From: Planctomycetota bacterium | Lineage (GTDB): Bacteria; Planctomycetota; PLA2; JAEUHO01 | Direction: 5' to 3' | Assembly (NCBI GenBank): GCA_030065025.1 | Contig: JASJDY010000014.1 | Location: 13,113-77,112, forward strand | Length of the DNA stretch: 64,000 nt | In this document: positions 39,383 through 48,664 of the stretch, one piece after another | How the letters are laid out: each line of letters opens with the position of its first letter | Position numbering within the stretch: position 1 is the first letter of the stretch | The notes under the pieces: model-generated | Told to the model about the DNA's origin: nothing | Database searches by the model: none | Seen by the model: the letters and a program-made list of their open reading frames with translations, nothing else | Translations under genes and position numbers: made by a program

Positions 39383-40363
39383 CTAACGAAGAAGCCCTTC
39401 CGCGCGATACCAGGCGGCCGTCTCCGCGAAACCGGTCACGAGGTCCTTGGTGGGACTCCAGCCCGTGGCGGCCTGGAACGGGCCCGGCGCGCAGACCCAG
39501 TCGCCGCTGACGAGCTCCTGCATCCGCTCGGCCCCGAGCACGGAGCTGCGGCCGGTCCACTGGCTGACGAGGTCCGCCGTGGTGCCGACCAGGCGCATGA
39601 AGCTCTCGGGCAGGACGAGCCGGCGGCTGCGGCGGCCGACCGCGGACTCGGCGGCCGCGATGATGTCGGCCAGCGTCACCACCTCCGGATGGGCCACGAG
39701 CCAGGCCTGCCCGAGCGCCTCCGGGCTGCGCGCCGCGAGGATGAAGGCCCGGGCCAGATCCTCCGCATGCACGAGGCTGTAGCGCTTCGTCGCCCGTCCG
39801 GCGACCAGCGAGAAGCCCTGGGCCGCGGCGCGGAAGAGGCGCAGGAACTCAGCGTCCCCGGGACCGTACACCCCGGGCGGGCGCAGGATGGTGACCGGAA
39901 GTCGCTCGCTGCGCTCGAGGACGTGGCGTTCCGCGAGCGCCTTGCTGGCGCCGTACGCGGTCACCGGCCGGAGGGGACTCGCCTCCGTCAGCGTGCCGGC
40001 CGGCCCGGCGGGCCCCACCGCCGCCATGCTCGAGCAGAACACGAAGCGACCGGTCAGCCCGGCCTCCTCCGCGGCGTCGAGCAGACGACGCGTTCCGTCG
40101 GCGTTCGTGGCGCGCATGGCGCGCGGTGACAGACTGCTGACCAAACCCGCCAGGTGATACACCTCGTCGACGCCGCGCACCGCGGCGACGAGACCACCGC
40201 GCCGGCGGAGATCCCCGCGCACGATCTCGACGTCGAGCCCTTCGAGGGCCGCCGGAACGCCCTCACGGCGGTACAGGCAGCGAACGGCCGCCCCCTCCGC
40301 CAGCAGCAGCCGGACGAGGTGGGATCCGATGAAGCCGTGGCCGCCGGTGACGAGGATCCTCAC
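39383..40363 (-). CDS. Extended SDR (NAD-dependent epimerase/dehydratase family), candidate ceramide reductase
   Basis: TGGHGFIG, YHLAG, SSMAA, YGASK, RPPGVYGP. Divergent from spt-bCerS. The CerR role rests on gene context. Confidence 0.75.
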   Translation of the reverse strand: MRILVTGGHGFIGSHLVRLLLAEGAAVRCLYRREGVPAALEGLDVEIVRGDLRRRGGLVAAVRGVDEVYHLAGLVSSLSPRAMRATNADGTRRLLDAAEEAGLTGRFVFCSSMAAVGPAGPAGTLTEASPLRPVTAYGASKALAERHVLERSERLPVTILRPPGVYGPGDAEFLRLFRAAAQGFSLVAGRATKRYSLVHAEDLARAFILAARSPEALGQAWLVAHPEVVTLADIIAAAESAVGRRSRRLVLPESFMRLVGTTADLVSQWTGRSSVLGAERMQELVSGDWVCAPGPFQAATGWSPTKDLVTGFAETAAWYRAEGLLR

Positions 40364-40600
40364 GAGGCGCCGAGGATAGCGACGGAGGCCGGATCCGCGC
40401 GCCTGTACCCGGGACCGTGGCTCCGGCGGTCCCAGTTGACGGGTCCCTGGGCAACCCTAGGATGGGGCCGCCTCAGAGCGGTCGGCCTACCCGGGCCGGC
40501 CGCTCTGGCGCATGTACCGAGGGAGTCGGCTGCGAGGCTCGTGACCACGGCGCGACGGCGCTGGAGCACGCACGGCGCACGCCGGCTGAGGACACCAGAC

Positions 40601-41794
40601 TTGGACCTGTTCAACAAGGCCTACAGGTACCGACGCGCCAACGACCTCAAGGCGACGGGGCTGTACCCCTACTTCCGCCCGATCACCGAGTCGTGCGGCG
40701 GCACCCGCGTCCAGATCGGCGATCGCGAGCTGGTCATGGCCGGCTCCAACAACTACCTCGGCCTCACGCACGACCCGCGCGTCATGAAGGCGGCCCGCGA
40801 AGCCGTGGACCATTTCGGCACCGGCTGCACCGGCTCCCGCTTCCTGAACGGCACGCTCTCCATCCACGAGCAGATGGAGGAGCGGCTGGCGGCCTTCCTC
40901 CAGAAGGAAGCCTGCATCACCTCGGGCACCGGCTACCAGACGAACGTCGGGGCCATCGCCACGCTCGCCGGCAAGAGCGACGTCATCTTCGGCGACCGGG
41001 ACAACCACGCGTCGATCATCGACGGCGCGCGTCTGGCGTTCGCCCGCCACCTCAAGTACCGCCACAACGACATGGAGGACCTCGAGCGCCTCCTCCAGAC
41101 GACCGAGCTCGTCCCGGGCGGCGGCCGCATCATCATCACCGACGGCGTCTTCTCGATGCTGGGCGACCTGGCCCACGTCCCCGAGATCGTCGCCCTCGCC
41201 AAGAAGTACGAAGCCCGCATCATGGTCGACGACGCGCACGCCGTCGGCGTCGTGGGTCCGAACGGCCGCGGCACACCCGAGCACTTCGGCGTCAGCGACG
41301 ACGTCGACCTCGTGATCGGCACCTTCTCGAAGTCGTTCGCGTGTCTCGGCGGGTTCGTCGCCGGGCCGCGCGAGGTCATCGACTACATCCGTCACACGAG
41401 CCGCTCGGTCATCTTCTCCGCAAGCATGACGCCGGGCAGCGTGGCGACGGTGCTGGCCTGCCTCGACATCATCGAGGCCGAGCCCGAGCGGCGCACCCAG
41501 CTCTGGGACAAGGTCGCGTACATGAAGCGCGGCTTCGAGGAGCTCGGCTTCGACGTCATCGACGGCGGCAGTCCGATCCTCTCCATCGTGATCGGCGACG
41601 ACACCACGACGATGGAGTTCAACAAGCAGCTCTTCGAGCAGGGTGTCTTCGTCAACCCGGTCCTGCCCCCCGCGGCGCCTCCCGGGATGAGCCTGCTGCG
41701 CACGTCGTACATGGCCACGCACACGCAGGACGATCTCGACGAGATCCTCGGCGCGTTCAAGGTCGTGGCCGAGCGCCTGCGCATCATGGGCTAG
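40601..41794 (+). CDS. spt: Serine palmitoyltransferase (alpha-oxoamine synthase family)
   Basis: TTG start after GAGGA, (M)DLFNKA...GLYPYFRPI, GSNNYLGL, GSRFLNGT, NHASIIDG, DDAH, GTFSKS (PLP Lys). Followed by a bCerS-like gene. Confidence 0.8.
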   Translation: MDLFNKAYRYRRANDLKATGLYPYFRPITESCGGTRVQIGDRELVMAGSNNYLGLTHDPRVMKAAREAVDHFGTGCTGSRFLNGTLSIHEQMEERLAAFLQKEACITSGTGYQTNVGAIATLAGKSDVIFGDRDNHASIIDGARLAFARHLKYRHNDMEDLERLLQTTELVPGGGRIIITDGVFSMLGDLAHVPEIVALAKKYEARIMVDDAHAVGVVGPNGRGTPEHFGVSDDVDLVIGTFSKSFACLGGFVAGPREVIDYIRHTSRSVIFSASMTPGSVATVLACLDIIEAEPERRTQLWDKVAYMKRGFEELGFDVIDGGSPILSIVIGDDTTTMEFNKQLFEQGVFVNPVLPPAAPPGMSLLRTSYMATHTQDDLDEILGAFKVVAERLRIMG

Positions 41795-41802
41795 CCGAGC
41801 AG

Positions 41803-42930
41803 GTGGCCGCGCCGCTGCGCATCGACGCCGAGGACGGGCCGGCCGACCGCGACGCGTTCATCGACTTCCCGTACGCGCTCTACCGGGGACACCCCGTGTG
41901 GGTCCCGCCGCTGCGCATGGCCGAGCGCGACGTCATGGACCGCGCGAAGAACCCCTTCTTCCAGCACGCCGAGGCGCAGCACTTCCTCGCGCGACGCGGC
42001 GAACGCGTGGTCGGACGCATCGCCGCGTGCGAGAACCGGCTCCACAACGAGGTGCACGAGGACCGCGTTGGCTTCTTCGGTTTCTTCGACGTCGAGGCGG
42101 ACCCCGAGGCGGCGACCGGCCTCGTGGAGGCGGCGCAGGCGTGGTGCACCGGCCGCGGCCTCGCGCCGATGCGCGGCCCGGCGAACTACTCCATGAACGA
42201 CTCGTGCGGCGTGCTCGTCGACGGATTCGACGAGCCGCCGTTCCTGCTCATGCCGCACAACCGGCCGGACTACGACGAGCTGCTGCAGGGCGCGGGGCTC
42301 ACGCCGGTGAAGGACCTCGTCAGCTACTGGATCAGCACGCGCAACACGATCCCCGAGCGCTTCGTTCGCGTCGTGGACCGCCGGCTGGCCCGCTCGAACA
42401 TCGTGATCCGCGACATCGACCTCAAGCACTTCGATCGCGAGGTACAGATCCTCAAGGACATCTACAACCGCAGCTGGGAGAAGAACTGGGGCTTCGTCCC
42501 GGCGACGGAGGCCGAGTTCGAGCACGCGGCGAGCGATCTCAAGATGCTGGTCGAGCACCGCGTCTCGGGTGTCGCGGAGCGCGACGGCGAGCCCGTGGCC
42601 TTCTCCGCCTTCGTGCGTGACCTCAATCGGATCCTGAAGCGCGGCAGCGGCAACGGGCGGCTCTGGCCCACGCTGTGGGCGCGGCTGGCGCTGGGACTCA
42701 AGCGCATCAAGTACGCGCGCTGCGTGCTGCTGGGCATCGTGCCGGAGGCACGCGGCAACGCGATCAACGAGGCGTTCTTCGTGCGCGCGATGCGCCGCGG
42801 CCTGGAGCACGGCTACTACGGGGCGGAGTGCGGCTGGGTGCTCGCGGACAACGAGGCGATGCAGAAGCCGATCGAGGTGGCCGGCGGCAAGGCGACGAAG
42901 CGGTATCGGATGTACGAGACGCAGGCGTAG
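41803..42930 (+). CDS. GNAT-fold N-acyltransferase, bacterial ceramide synthase (bCerS/YghO-like)
   Basis: FIDFPYALY...WVPPL...KNPFF, VGRIAA, GFFGFF, MRGP.NYSMND..G.LVDGF, MPHN, WEKNWGFVP, WVLADN. GTG start 41803. Confidence 0.75.
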   Translation: MAAPLRIDAEDGPADRDAFIDFPYALYRGHPVWVPPLRMAERDVMDRAKNPFFQHAEAQHFLARRGERVVGRIAACENRLHNEVHEDRVGFFGFFDVEADPEAATGLVEAAQAWCTGRGLAPMRGPANYSMNDSCGVLVDGFDEPPFLLMPHNRPDYDELLQGAGLTPVKDLVSYWISTRNTIPERFVRVVDRRLARSNIVIRDIDLKHFDREVQILKDIYNRSWEKNWGFVPATEAEFEHAASDLKMLVEHRVSGVAERDGEPVAFSAFVRDLNRILKRGSGNGRLWPTLWARLALGLKRIKYARCVLLGIVPEARGNAINEAFFVRAMRRGLEHGYYGAECGWVLADNEAMQKPIEVAGGKATKRYRMYETQA

Positions 42931-42942
42931 TCGCCGCGTCTC

Positions 42943-43050
42943 TCAGGATCCCACCATCCGCCACATCGCCGCCGCCACGCAGAGCGCGAGCAGGAAGACC
43001 ATCCAGAACTTCGTGGCCTTGTAGAAGGCGGTGGTGGATTCGCGGGACAT
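42943..43050 (-). CDS. 35-aa single-TM small protein (not in ORF track)
   Basis: ATG 43050 to TGA 42943: MSRESTTAFYKATKFWMVFLLALCVAAAMWRMVGS. GC3-rich codons. Weak RBS. Confidence 0.5.
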   Translation of the reverse strand: MSRESTTAFYKATKFWMVFLLALCVAAAMWRMVGS

Positions 43051-43171
43051 CGGCCTAGCTTGGCACGGTCCCAAGGAGCATCAACGGGCCGGGCCGAGAT
43101 TCGCCTTCACTCGCTACGCAAGTGAAGACTCCCAGCGGCCCCTACGGCAACCAGAGGCTCGAACGCTGGCC

Positions 43172-44257
43172 TCATTTGGCGGGCTGGCCGAGTTTGGCGC
43201 GCAGCTCGGTCTCGTTGTCGCGCCACCACTGGCGCCACTTCTTCTGGATGCGGATGCGCTCGTTCTTGGTCAATCCGCTGACGAAGTTGAAGTCCTGACC
43301 CGTGATCCGATGCAGCGCCTCGCTGGCCGCCGTACGCACGAGGTCGTCCTTGTCGTTCAGCGCCTCGATGAGGTCCGGCACCGCTGCGACGGCCTGGATC
43401 TCCCCCAGCGCGGTGGCCGCGCCGAGGCGAGCGTAGAAGTCCTTGTGCTTGTTGAGCACGCGCACGAGGTCCGGCACCGCCTCGAGCGCCTTGAGGCGCG
43501 CCAGCTCGATCGTCGCCGAGAAGACGATGTCTTCGTCGGAGTCACGCAGCCGCTTGCGCCAACGCTCGATCTCCTTCAGCCGCTGCTCCTCTTCCTCGGA
43601 GGGCGTGGCGGGCTTGGGCTCTTCCTTGGGCTGGACCGGCTCGGCCGGCGTGGGCTGCGCCGGCTCGCGGCGCTTGGCCTGCTCGAGCTCACGGCGGAGC
43701 TGGTCGGCCTCCTGCTGGATGCGGATCTTCCAGTCGACGAGGTCGGCCATCTGCCCCTGCAGCTTCACGACGAGCCTGTTGAGCGCCTGCAGGCGGTCGC
43801 TCATCTGGTTGCTCGTGTCGCGCAGCAGCTTGTCCATCGCCTCGGTCGTGGCGCCCTTGATGCTCGCTCCGTGCTCCGCCAGCCGCGTGTTGAGGGCCTT
43901 CTCGAAGGAATCGTTGAGCTTGGTCAGCTCCGTGCTCTGGGCGTCGAAGCGCTTGACGGCGCGCTCCTCGGAGGCGCGCACGCTGTCCGCGACGTGCTCC
44001 TTGACCGAGGGCAGCTCGGCGATCGTCAGCGGCTTCTTCTTCTCATCCAGCTTCTGGACGAGGAGGTAGGTCGCGACGCTTGCCCCGAACAGCGCGAGCA
44101 GGAGCGTCAGCCACGAGCGCCAGCCGCTCATCTCGACGCTGCGCTTCAGGGCGCAGGCGACGTGCTGGCTCTTCTGTCCGGAGACGATGGCGCGACCGGC
44201 GTCGAACTCGCCATCGGGAATCGACTCGTTGCAGACGGAACAGAAACGGATTTCCAT
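43172..44257 (-). CDS. Bitopic protein: Cys/His N-terminal domain, TM, coiled coil, HEAT repeats
   Basis: FCSVC...HVAC, one TM helix, C-terminal LRDSDEDIV/LNDKDDLVR HEAT units. Confidence 0.8.
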   Translation of the reverse strand: MEIRFCSVCNESIPDGEFDAGRAIVSGQKSQHVACALKRSVEMSGWRSWLTLLLALFGASVATYLLVQKLDEKKKPLTIAELPSVKEHVADSVRASEERAVKRFDAQSTELTKLNDSFEKALNTRLAEHGASIKGATTEAMDKLLRDTSNQMSDRLQALNRLVVKLQGQMADLVDWKIRIQQEADQLRRELEQAKRREPAQPTPAEPVQPKEEPKPATPSEEEEQRLKEIERWRKRLRDSDEDIVFSATIELARLKALEAVPDLVRVLNKHKDFYARLGAATALGEIQAVAAVPDLIEALNDKDDLVRTAASEALHRITGQDFNFVSGLTKNERIRIQKKWRQWWRDNETELRAKLGQPAK

Positions 44258-44348
44258 GGTCGTGGTCCCCGGGAGAGGGTTGCGGAGGCTCCATCTTGTG
44301 AACGCTCGGTAGGGCGCGCCGGCGCGCCCGTTCCGGAAATCCGGGCCG

Positions 44349-45323
44349 CTAGCCGCCGCCTGCGCCCCCGGCCCGGGGCTGTCCGAGGCGCGCGCGCACC
44401 TCGTCCTCGTGGGCTCGCCACCACTCCTTCATCTTGTTGCGCGCCGTGCGGCGCTTGCGCATGCCGGCCGTCGCCGAGAGCTCGGTGTTGAACCCCGTGA
44501 TCTCGCGCAGCGACTTGTTGGCCTGCTGGGCGACGAGCTCCGACTTGTCGACGAGCGCCTCGGCCAGGGCCGGGACGGCGTCGGCCACCTGCATCTTGCC
44601 GAGCGCCGCGGCGGAGGCCGCGCGCCCGAACTCGTCCTTGTGGGTGCCGAGGATCTCGATCAGGCGCGGCACGGCGTCCATGACGCGGTGCTCGCGGATC
44701 TTCTCGATCGCCGGGAAGAGCACCTCGAGATCCTCGCTGCGCAGCCCCGCGCGCGCCTTGGCGACCTCGGCGGCCACGATCTTCGGGTCCTTCTGCTCGA
44801 CCGCCGGGAGGGTCGGTCCCTTGCGAGGCGCCGTCCCCTTGTGCGCCGGTCCAGGCGCGGGGGCCGGACCCTTCGTGACCACCTCCTTGATGATCTGGGG
44901 CGGACGCTTCTCCACCACCTCGAGGCGCTTGCCAAATGCCGCGAGCTCGGCCCGGAGCTGCTTCAGCTCGGCGCCCGTACGCTCGAAGCCGCGGATGGCC
45001 TCCTCGAGGGTCTCCAGCTTGCCGTAGTTGGCATCCGCGGCGTTCTCCGCCGTCTCCTGCACGAGCTTCAGGCCTTCTTCGATCCGGCCCTGGAGAGCGT
45101 CGAAGCGCGACAGACGCAGATCGATGTTGCGCTGCCGCTCCTTCACCTCGGCGCTCATCTGCAAACGCGCTTCGTGCATGAGCTTGCGTAGATCCGGATG
45201 CCCTGCGTCGGCGACAGGCGCGCTACCGGTGGCGGTCGTCCCCTGATCGTTCTGCGACTGCATGTACAGATAGGTCGAGACCGCGGCCGCGTACAGCGCG
45301 AGGAGCACGACGATCTTGGACAT
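44349..45323 (-). CDS. N-anchored coiled-coil + HEAT-repeat protein
   Basis: N-terminal hydrophobic helix, coiled coil, AVPRLIEIL/AVPALAEAL HEAT units, and a C-terminal WW motif similar to the neighbouring gene. Confidence 0.8.
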   Translation of the reverse strand: MSKIVVLLALYAAAVSTYLYMQSQNDQGTTATGSAPVADAGHPDLRKLMHEARLQMSAEVKERQRNIDLRLSRFDALQGRIEEGLKLVQETAENAADANYGKLETLEEAIRGFERTGAELKQLRAELAAFGKRLEVVEKRPPQIIKEVVTKGPAPAPGPAHKGTAPRKGPTLPAVEQKDPKIVAAEVAKARAGLRSEDLEVLFPAIEKIREHRVMDAVPRLIEILGTHKDEFGRAASAAALGKMQVADAVPALAEALVDKSELVAQQANKSLREITGFNTELSATAGMRKRRTARNKMKEWWRAHEDEVRARLGQPRAGGAGGG

Positions 45324-45397
45324 GCGTTGTATCCCTGCGCCGCGGAAGGACTTGCGTGCGGCGCATCGGCGATTCTAGCGGCGCCTGCGGTACGCGC

Positions 45398-45805
45398 CTA
45401 CGGCGCCGGCGTACCGCCGTCGCTCGGGGTCGGCGGCTCGTCGGGCGCCGGCATGCGCGCCACGCGCTCCTTCATGAGGCGGCCGACCTTGAACTTCACG
45501 ACGCGCTTCGCGGGCACGTCGACCTTCTCGAGGGTGCGCGGGTTCTGCGCCTTGCGGGCGGCGCGCTCCTTGATCTCGAACACACCGAACTCGCGGAACT
45601 CCAAGCGGTTACCGCGTCCGAGCTCGCGGATGATCTCATCGAGGAACATCTGGATGATGTCCTTCGCGACGACCTTGGTCTGGTTCGTCTTCTCCGCGAT
45701 GCGCGCCACCAGCTCCTTCTTCGTGATCGTCTGCGGCTTGTGGTCCGCATCGTCCGAAGGCGGTATGGAGGCAGGCATTCCCGTAGGAGGCACTCCGGCT
45801 GTCAT
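45398..45805 (-). CDS. HU/IHF family DNA-binding protein
   Basis: ITKKELVARIA, LEFREFGVFE, ARKAQNPRT, VKFKVG. Start uncertain. Confidence 0.9.
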   Translation of the reverse strand: MTAGVPPTGMPASIPPSDDADHKPQTITKKELVARIAEKTNQTKVVAKDIIQMFLDEIIRELGRGNRLEFREFGVFEIKERAARKAQNPRTLEKVDVPAKRVVKFKVGRLMKERVARMPAPDEPPTPSDGGTPAP

Positions 45806-45915
45806 CCGTGACGGTCTCCGATGCCGGTCGGAAGGGTCGCCGACACCACGCCGGCGAGCGGGCTACGAGCGCCCTCGCGGAGGGCCTCGATTCACCTAGA
45901 TCCTTTTCCTGCATC

Positions 45916-45944
45916 ACCTTAGGTACGCTGCCGGACACTGTCAA
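45916..45944 (-). promoter_or_regulatory. Sigma70 promoter for the HU/IHF gene
   Basis: Minus strand TTGACA (45944-39), 17 nt, TAAGGT (45921-16). Confidence 0.65.
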
Positions 45945-45997
45945 AGGTCCCGGAGATTTTCGTCAAGGGCCCTGTACCTTGGGCGCCCGGAGGCCCC

Positions 45998-46414
45998 ATG
46001 CCGCGATCCAAGATCCCCACAGCCCTCCAGATGCGGGAGCTGAAGTACGGCGACACCTCGGAGGCGGACCGCGACCGCATGGCCCAGGAACTGCGCGCCG
46101 CCGGGCGCCGGGCCGAGGCGATCCTGCTCTTCGAGGGCCGCGGCGACCACGCGTTCCTCCGCGAGGAGGCCGATTGGGCGGTTTCGGAGGGAAACGGCTT
46201 CCACCTCGTCTCGATCCTCCGCCTGGGCCGGGAGGTCCCCGAGGAGGAGCTGCGGGCCTGCGCCCGGGCGGCCGAGACCCGCGGCCGCTGGATGGATGCC
46301 CGCCTCTGCTACCTGGAGCTGGACGACGAGGGCGCGATCCGAGCCATCGCCGAGCACCTGCCGGCGGCGTTGCAGCCGGAGGCCCCCGAAGAGCCCACGG
46401 AGCCCGAGGCGTAA
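45998..46414 (+). CDS. Hypothetical protein
   Basis: GGAGG RBS, helical 138-aa ORF with typical codon usage. Confidence 0.7.
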   Translation: MPRSKIPTALQMRELKYGDTSEADRDRMAQELRAAGRRAEAILLFEGRGDHAFLREEADWAVSEGNGFHLVSILRLGREVPEEELRACARAAETRGRWMDARLCYLELDDEGAIRAIAEHLPAALQPEAPEEPTEPEA

Positions 46415-46425
46415 CGCGCTAGGGA

Positions 46426-48645
46426 CTAGCGGCCCTCCTTGCGCTCCTCCTCGGCCTTCTGCTTGGCCAGCTCCTGGCGCAGATCCCGCAGCTGGCGCAG
46501 GTCCATGTCCGTGTCCGGCACGCGGGCCTTGCGCAGGATCTCCTCGGCCTGCCTGAAGTACCCCTCGGCGGCCTCGTAGTTGCCGAACCACATGCCCCGC
46601 AGCCAGCCGGCGCGGATGTAGGCCCGCGCGTATGCGGGGTTGACCTCGATGGCGCGCTCGAAGCTCGCCACGGCAGCCCGCATCTGGCCCTCCGCCTGCT
46701 TCGCCTCGCCTTCCGCAACCAGGCGCGCGGCCATCGTGCGGGCGCTGCGGCGGGCGCTCTCGATGATCGCCTGGACCTGCTCCCGCTCTTCTGCGTCCCG
46801 CGTGCGCCGGACCACCTCGAGAAGCAGCCGGATGCCGACGCCGTAGCGCCCGACGCGGCAGAGGCTGGCTCCGGCCCGCCGCATGATGCGCAAGTCGTCA
46901 GGATCGAGCTGGGAGGCGGCGTAGTAGGCACCCGCGGCCTCCTCGCGATCGCCCAGCGCCTCGTGACAGCGGGCCAGCGCGAAGTTGAGCTCGGCCGCGA
47001 CGGCGCGGCGGCGGGCGGACGCGTCGTCCACCTGTGCCTCCAGCGGCTTCTGGAAGAACGGGTCGAGCCCGCGAGCGCGCTCCAGCGACCGCAGGGCCAC
47101 CGCCGTCTTGTCGGCCTCCAGCTGCGTGTAGCCGACCTCGCGCCACGCCTCGGGGCTGCGGCGCCCGAGCTCGTGCTTGACCGCCCTACGGCCCCACGCG
47201 GCGGAGCTCGCCAGCGCCTCGCGCCGTAGCCGGAGGTAGTTCGCCCGCTCGGTGCTGTCCGAGGGCAACACGGACGCGGCGGCGCGCAGCTCGTCGGCCG
47301 TCTGGCGCTGTGCCCTGACGAGCCGGATCATGGCCCGGACGTGCCGGGGATTCCGATCGAGCAGACGCTCGTGGAAGGTCTCGTCGTCGCGCCAGCCGGT
47401 CGCCTCCCGGTGCGTGAGGCCGACGAGGGCGATCAGCGCGAGCGCACCCACGAGGGCGCCGCGCGCCAGCACGAAGGAGTGGCTCGCAGCACGGCCGGCC
47501 CCCGCAGTGAACAGCGCGGCCGCCACGCCGCCCCCCATCACCAGGAGGGGGAGCGCCGCGAGGTAGGCGAACGGCCCCTCGAGGGGCGCGCCCGCCGGCA
47601 GCACCAGGAACGCCGGCACCGCGAGCCCGATCGTCGCCAGCCAGGCCGTGCTGAACAGGCCGGCGCGACCGCGGAACGTGCGCACGAGGGCGAGCACCAA
47701 CAACAGCGCGGCCAGCGCGGCACAGATCACACCGACTGGCGCTGCGTCGTAGCCCGTCGCCGGCAGGGCCTCGTCCGAGTGGTCACCGCGCAGGCCGACC
47801 GGAACGAGCAGGGCCAGCGCGGCTCGGGCGAGGCCCTCGAAGCCGACGCCGATGCGCTCGATCGCAGGCTGCTCCGGAAGGTCGAGACCGACCGGCGGGA
47901 TGCCCGACCACGTGGCCAGGAACACGCCGAGGGGCAGCAGGAACACCAGCACGTATGCGGCGGCGACGGGCGCCCGCGCCTCGGGCGCCCGGACAGGCGC
48001 GGCCCGATCCAGGATCCACAGCACGATCGGTACGCCGATGGCCAGCGGCGAGGCCTGCAGCGCGACCAGCCAGGCGAGGACGGCGACGGGGATCCACGCG
48101 TAGTGGCGCCCGCCCCATGCCCGCCATGCCACGGCGGTGAGCAGCGAGAAGAGCACGGCGAGCAGCTCCGCGCGTCCCATGAGGGTCGCCACGGTGCCGG
48201 TGTGCAGTGGATGGACCGCGAACAGGAGTGCCGCCCCCAGGGCGATCCCCTTCCGGCGTGGGATCACACCCAGCAACAAGCGGAAGAAGAGGAGCGCACA
48301 GAGCCCGTGGAGCAGCAGGTTGGTCAGGTGGAAGCCGCCCGGCGCGAGGGCTCCGTCGGACTGCTTCCAAAGCGGGGCCTCGAGCGCGAAGCTCGACACG
48401 GTGAGCGGGCCGTAGCGCGCAGCGATGTCCTCGGGACCGCGCTTGGCGAAGATGTGCGGGATGGCGCCCGGGCCGCGCGCGACCAGCGTGTTGTCGCGCA
48501 CGAGACGGACGTCGTCGAGGACCCACGTGGCCTGACGCGCGCCGGCGTGCGCCACCCATGCAGCGAGGACCACGACGAGCGGCGCCCAGCGCACCCAGGC
48601 CCCTCCCGGCGCGGTGTGTGCGTACTCGGGAGTGGGATCGCTCAT
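46426..48645 (-). CDS. Multi-TM GT-C-like (TMTC/PMT-like) protein with C-terminal TPRs
   Basis: DD motif after TM1 (WVLDDVRLV), FHLTNLLLH, LFAVHPLH, GRAELL, WRDDETF, TPR helices. Confidence 0.75.
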   Translation of the reverse strand: MSDPTPEYAHTAPGGAWVRWAPLVVVLAAWVAHAGARQATWVLDDVRLVRDNTLVARGPGAIPHIFAKRGPEDIAARYGPLTVSSFALEAPLWKQSDGALAPGGFHLTNLLLHGLCALLFFRLLLGVIPRRKGIALGAALLFAVHPLHTGTVATLMGRAELLAVLFSLLTAVAWRAWGGRHYAWIPVAVLAWLVALQASPLAIGVPIVLWILDRAAPVRAPEARAPVAAAYVLVFLLPLGVFLATWSGIPPVGLDLPEQPAIERIGVGFEGLARAALALLVPVGLRGDHSDEALPATGYDAAPVGVICAALAALLLVLALVRTFRGRAGLFSTAWLATIGLAVPAFLVLPAGAPLEGPFAYLAALPLLVMGGGVAAALFTAGAGRAASHSFVLARGALVGALALIALVGLTHREATGWRDDETFHERLLDRNPRHVRAMIRLVRAQRQTADELRAAASVLPSDSTERANYLRLRREALASSAAWGRRAVKHELGRRSPEAWREVGYTQLEADKTAVALRSLERARGLDPFFQKPLEAQVDDASARRRAVAAELNFALARCHEALGDREEAAGAYYAASQLDPDDLRIMRRAGASLCRVGRYGVGIRLLLEVVRRTRDAEEREQVQAIIESARRSARTMAARLVAEGEAKQAEGQMRAAVASFERAIEVNPAYARAYIRAGWLRGMWFGNYEAAEGYFRQAEEILRKARVPDTDMDLRQLRDLRQELAKQKAEEERKEGR

Positions 48646-48664
48646 GCGCTGTGCGAACGCGGGA

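Noticed and set aside
40601-41794. BioF or glycine C-acetyltransferase instead of Spt
   Set aside because: Not excluded, but disfavoured: GTFSKS motif, no bio or tdh genes nearby, and a direct link to a bCerS-like gene.
40154-42930. 546-aa and 837-aa ORFs as listed (apparent fusions or extensions)
   Set aside because: The upstream parts are GC-rich run-through. Homology and RBS place the starts at 40601 and 41803. The same applies to the over-long track ORFs for argC, argD, argF', thiG, infB and STAS.
45806-45915. Stand-alone ncRNA (SRP/6S) in the HU leader
   Set aside because: No SRP core motif or 6S-like long duplex recognised. Short GC stems are expected by chance.
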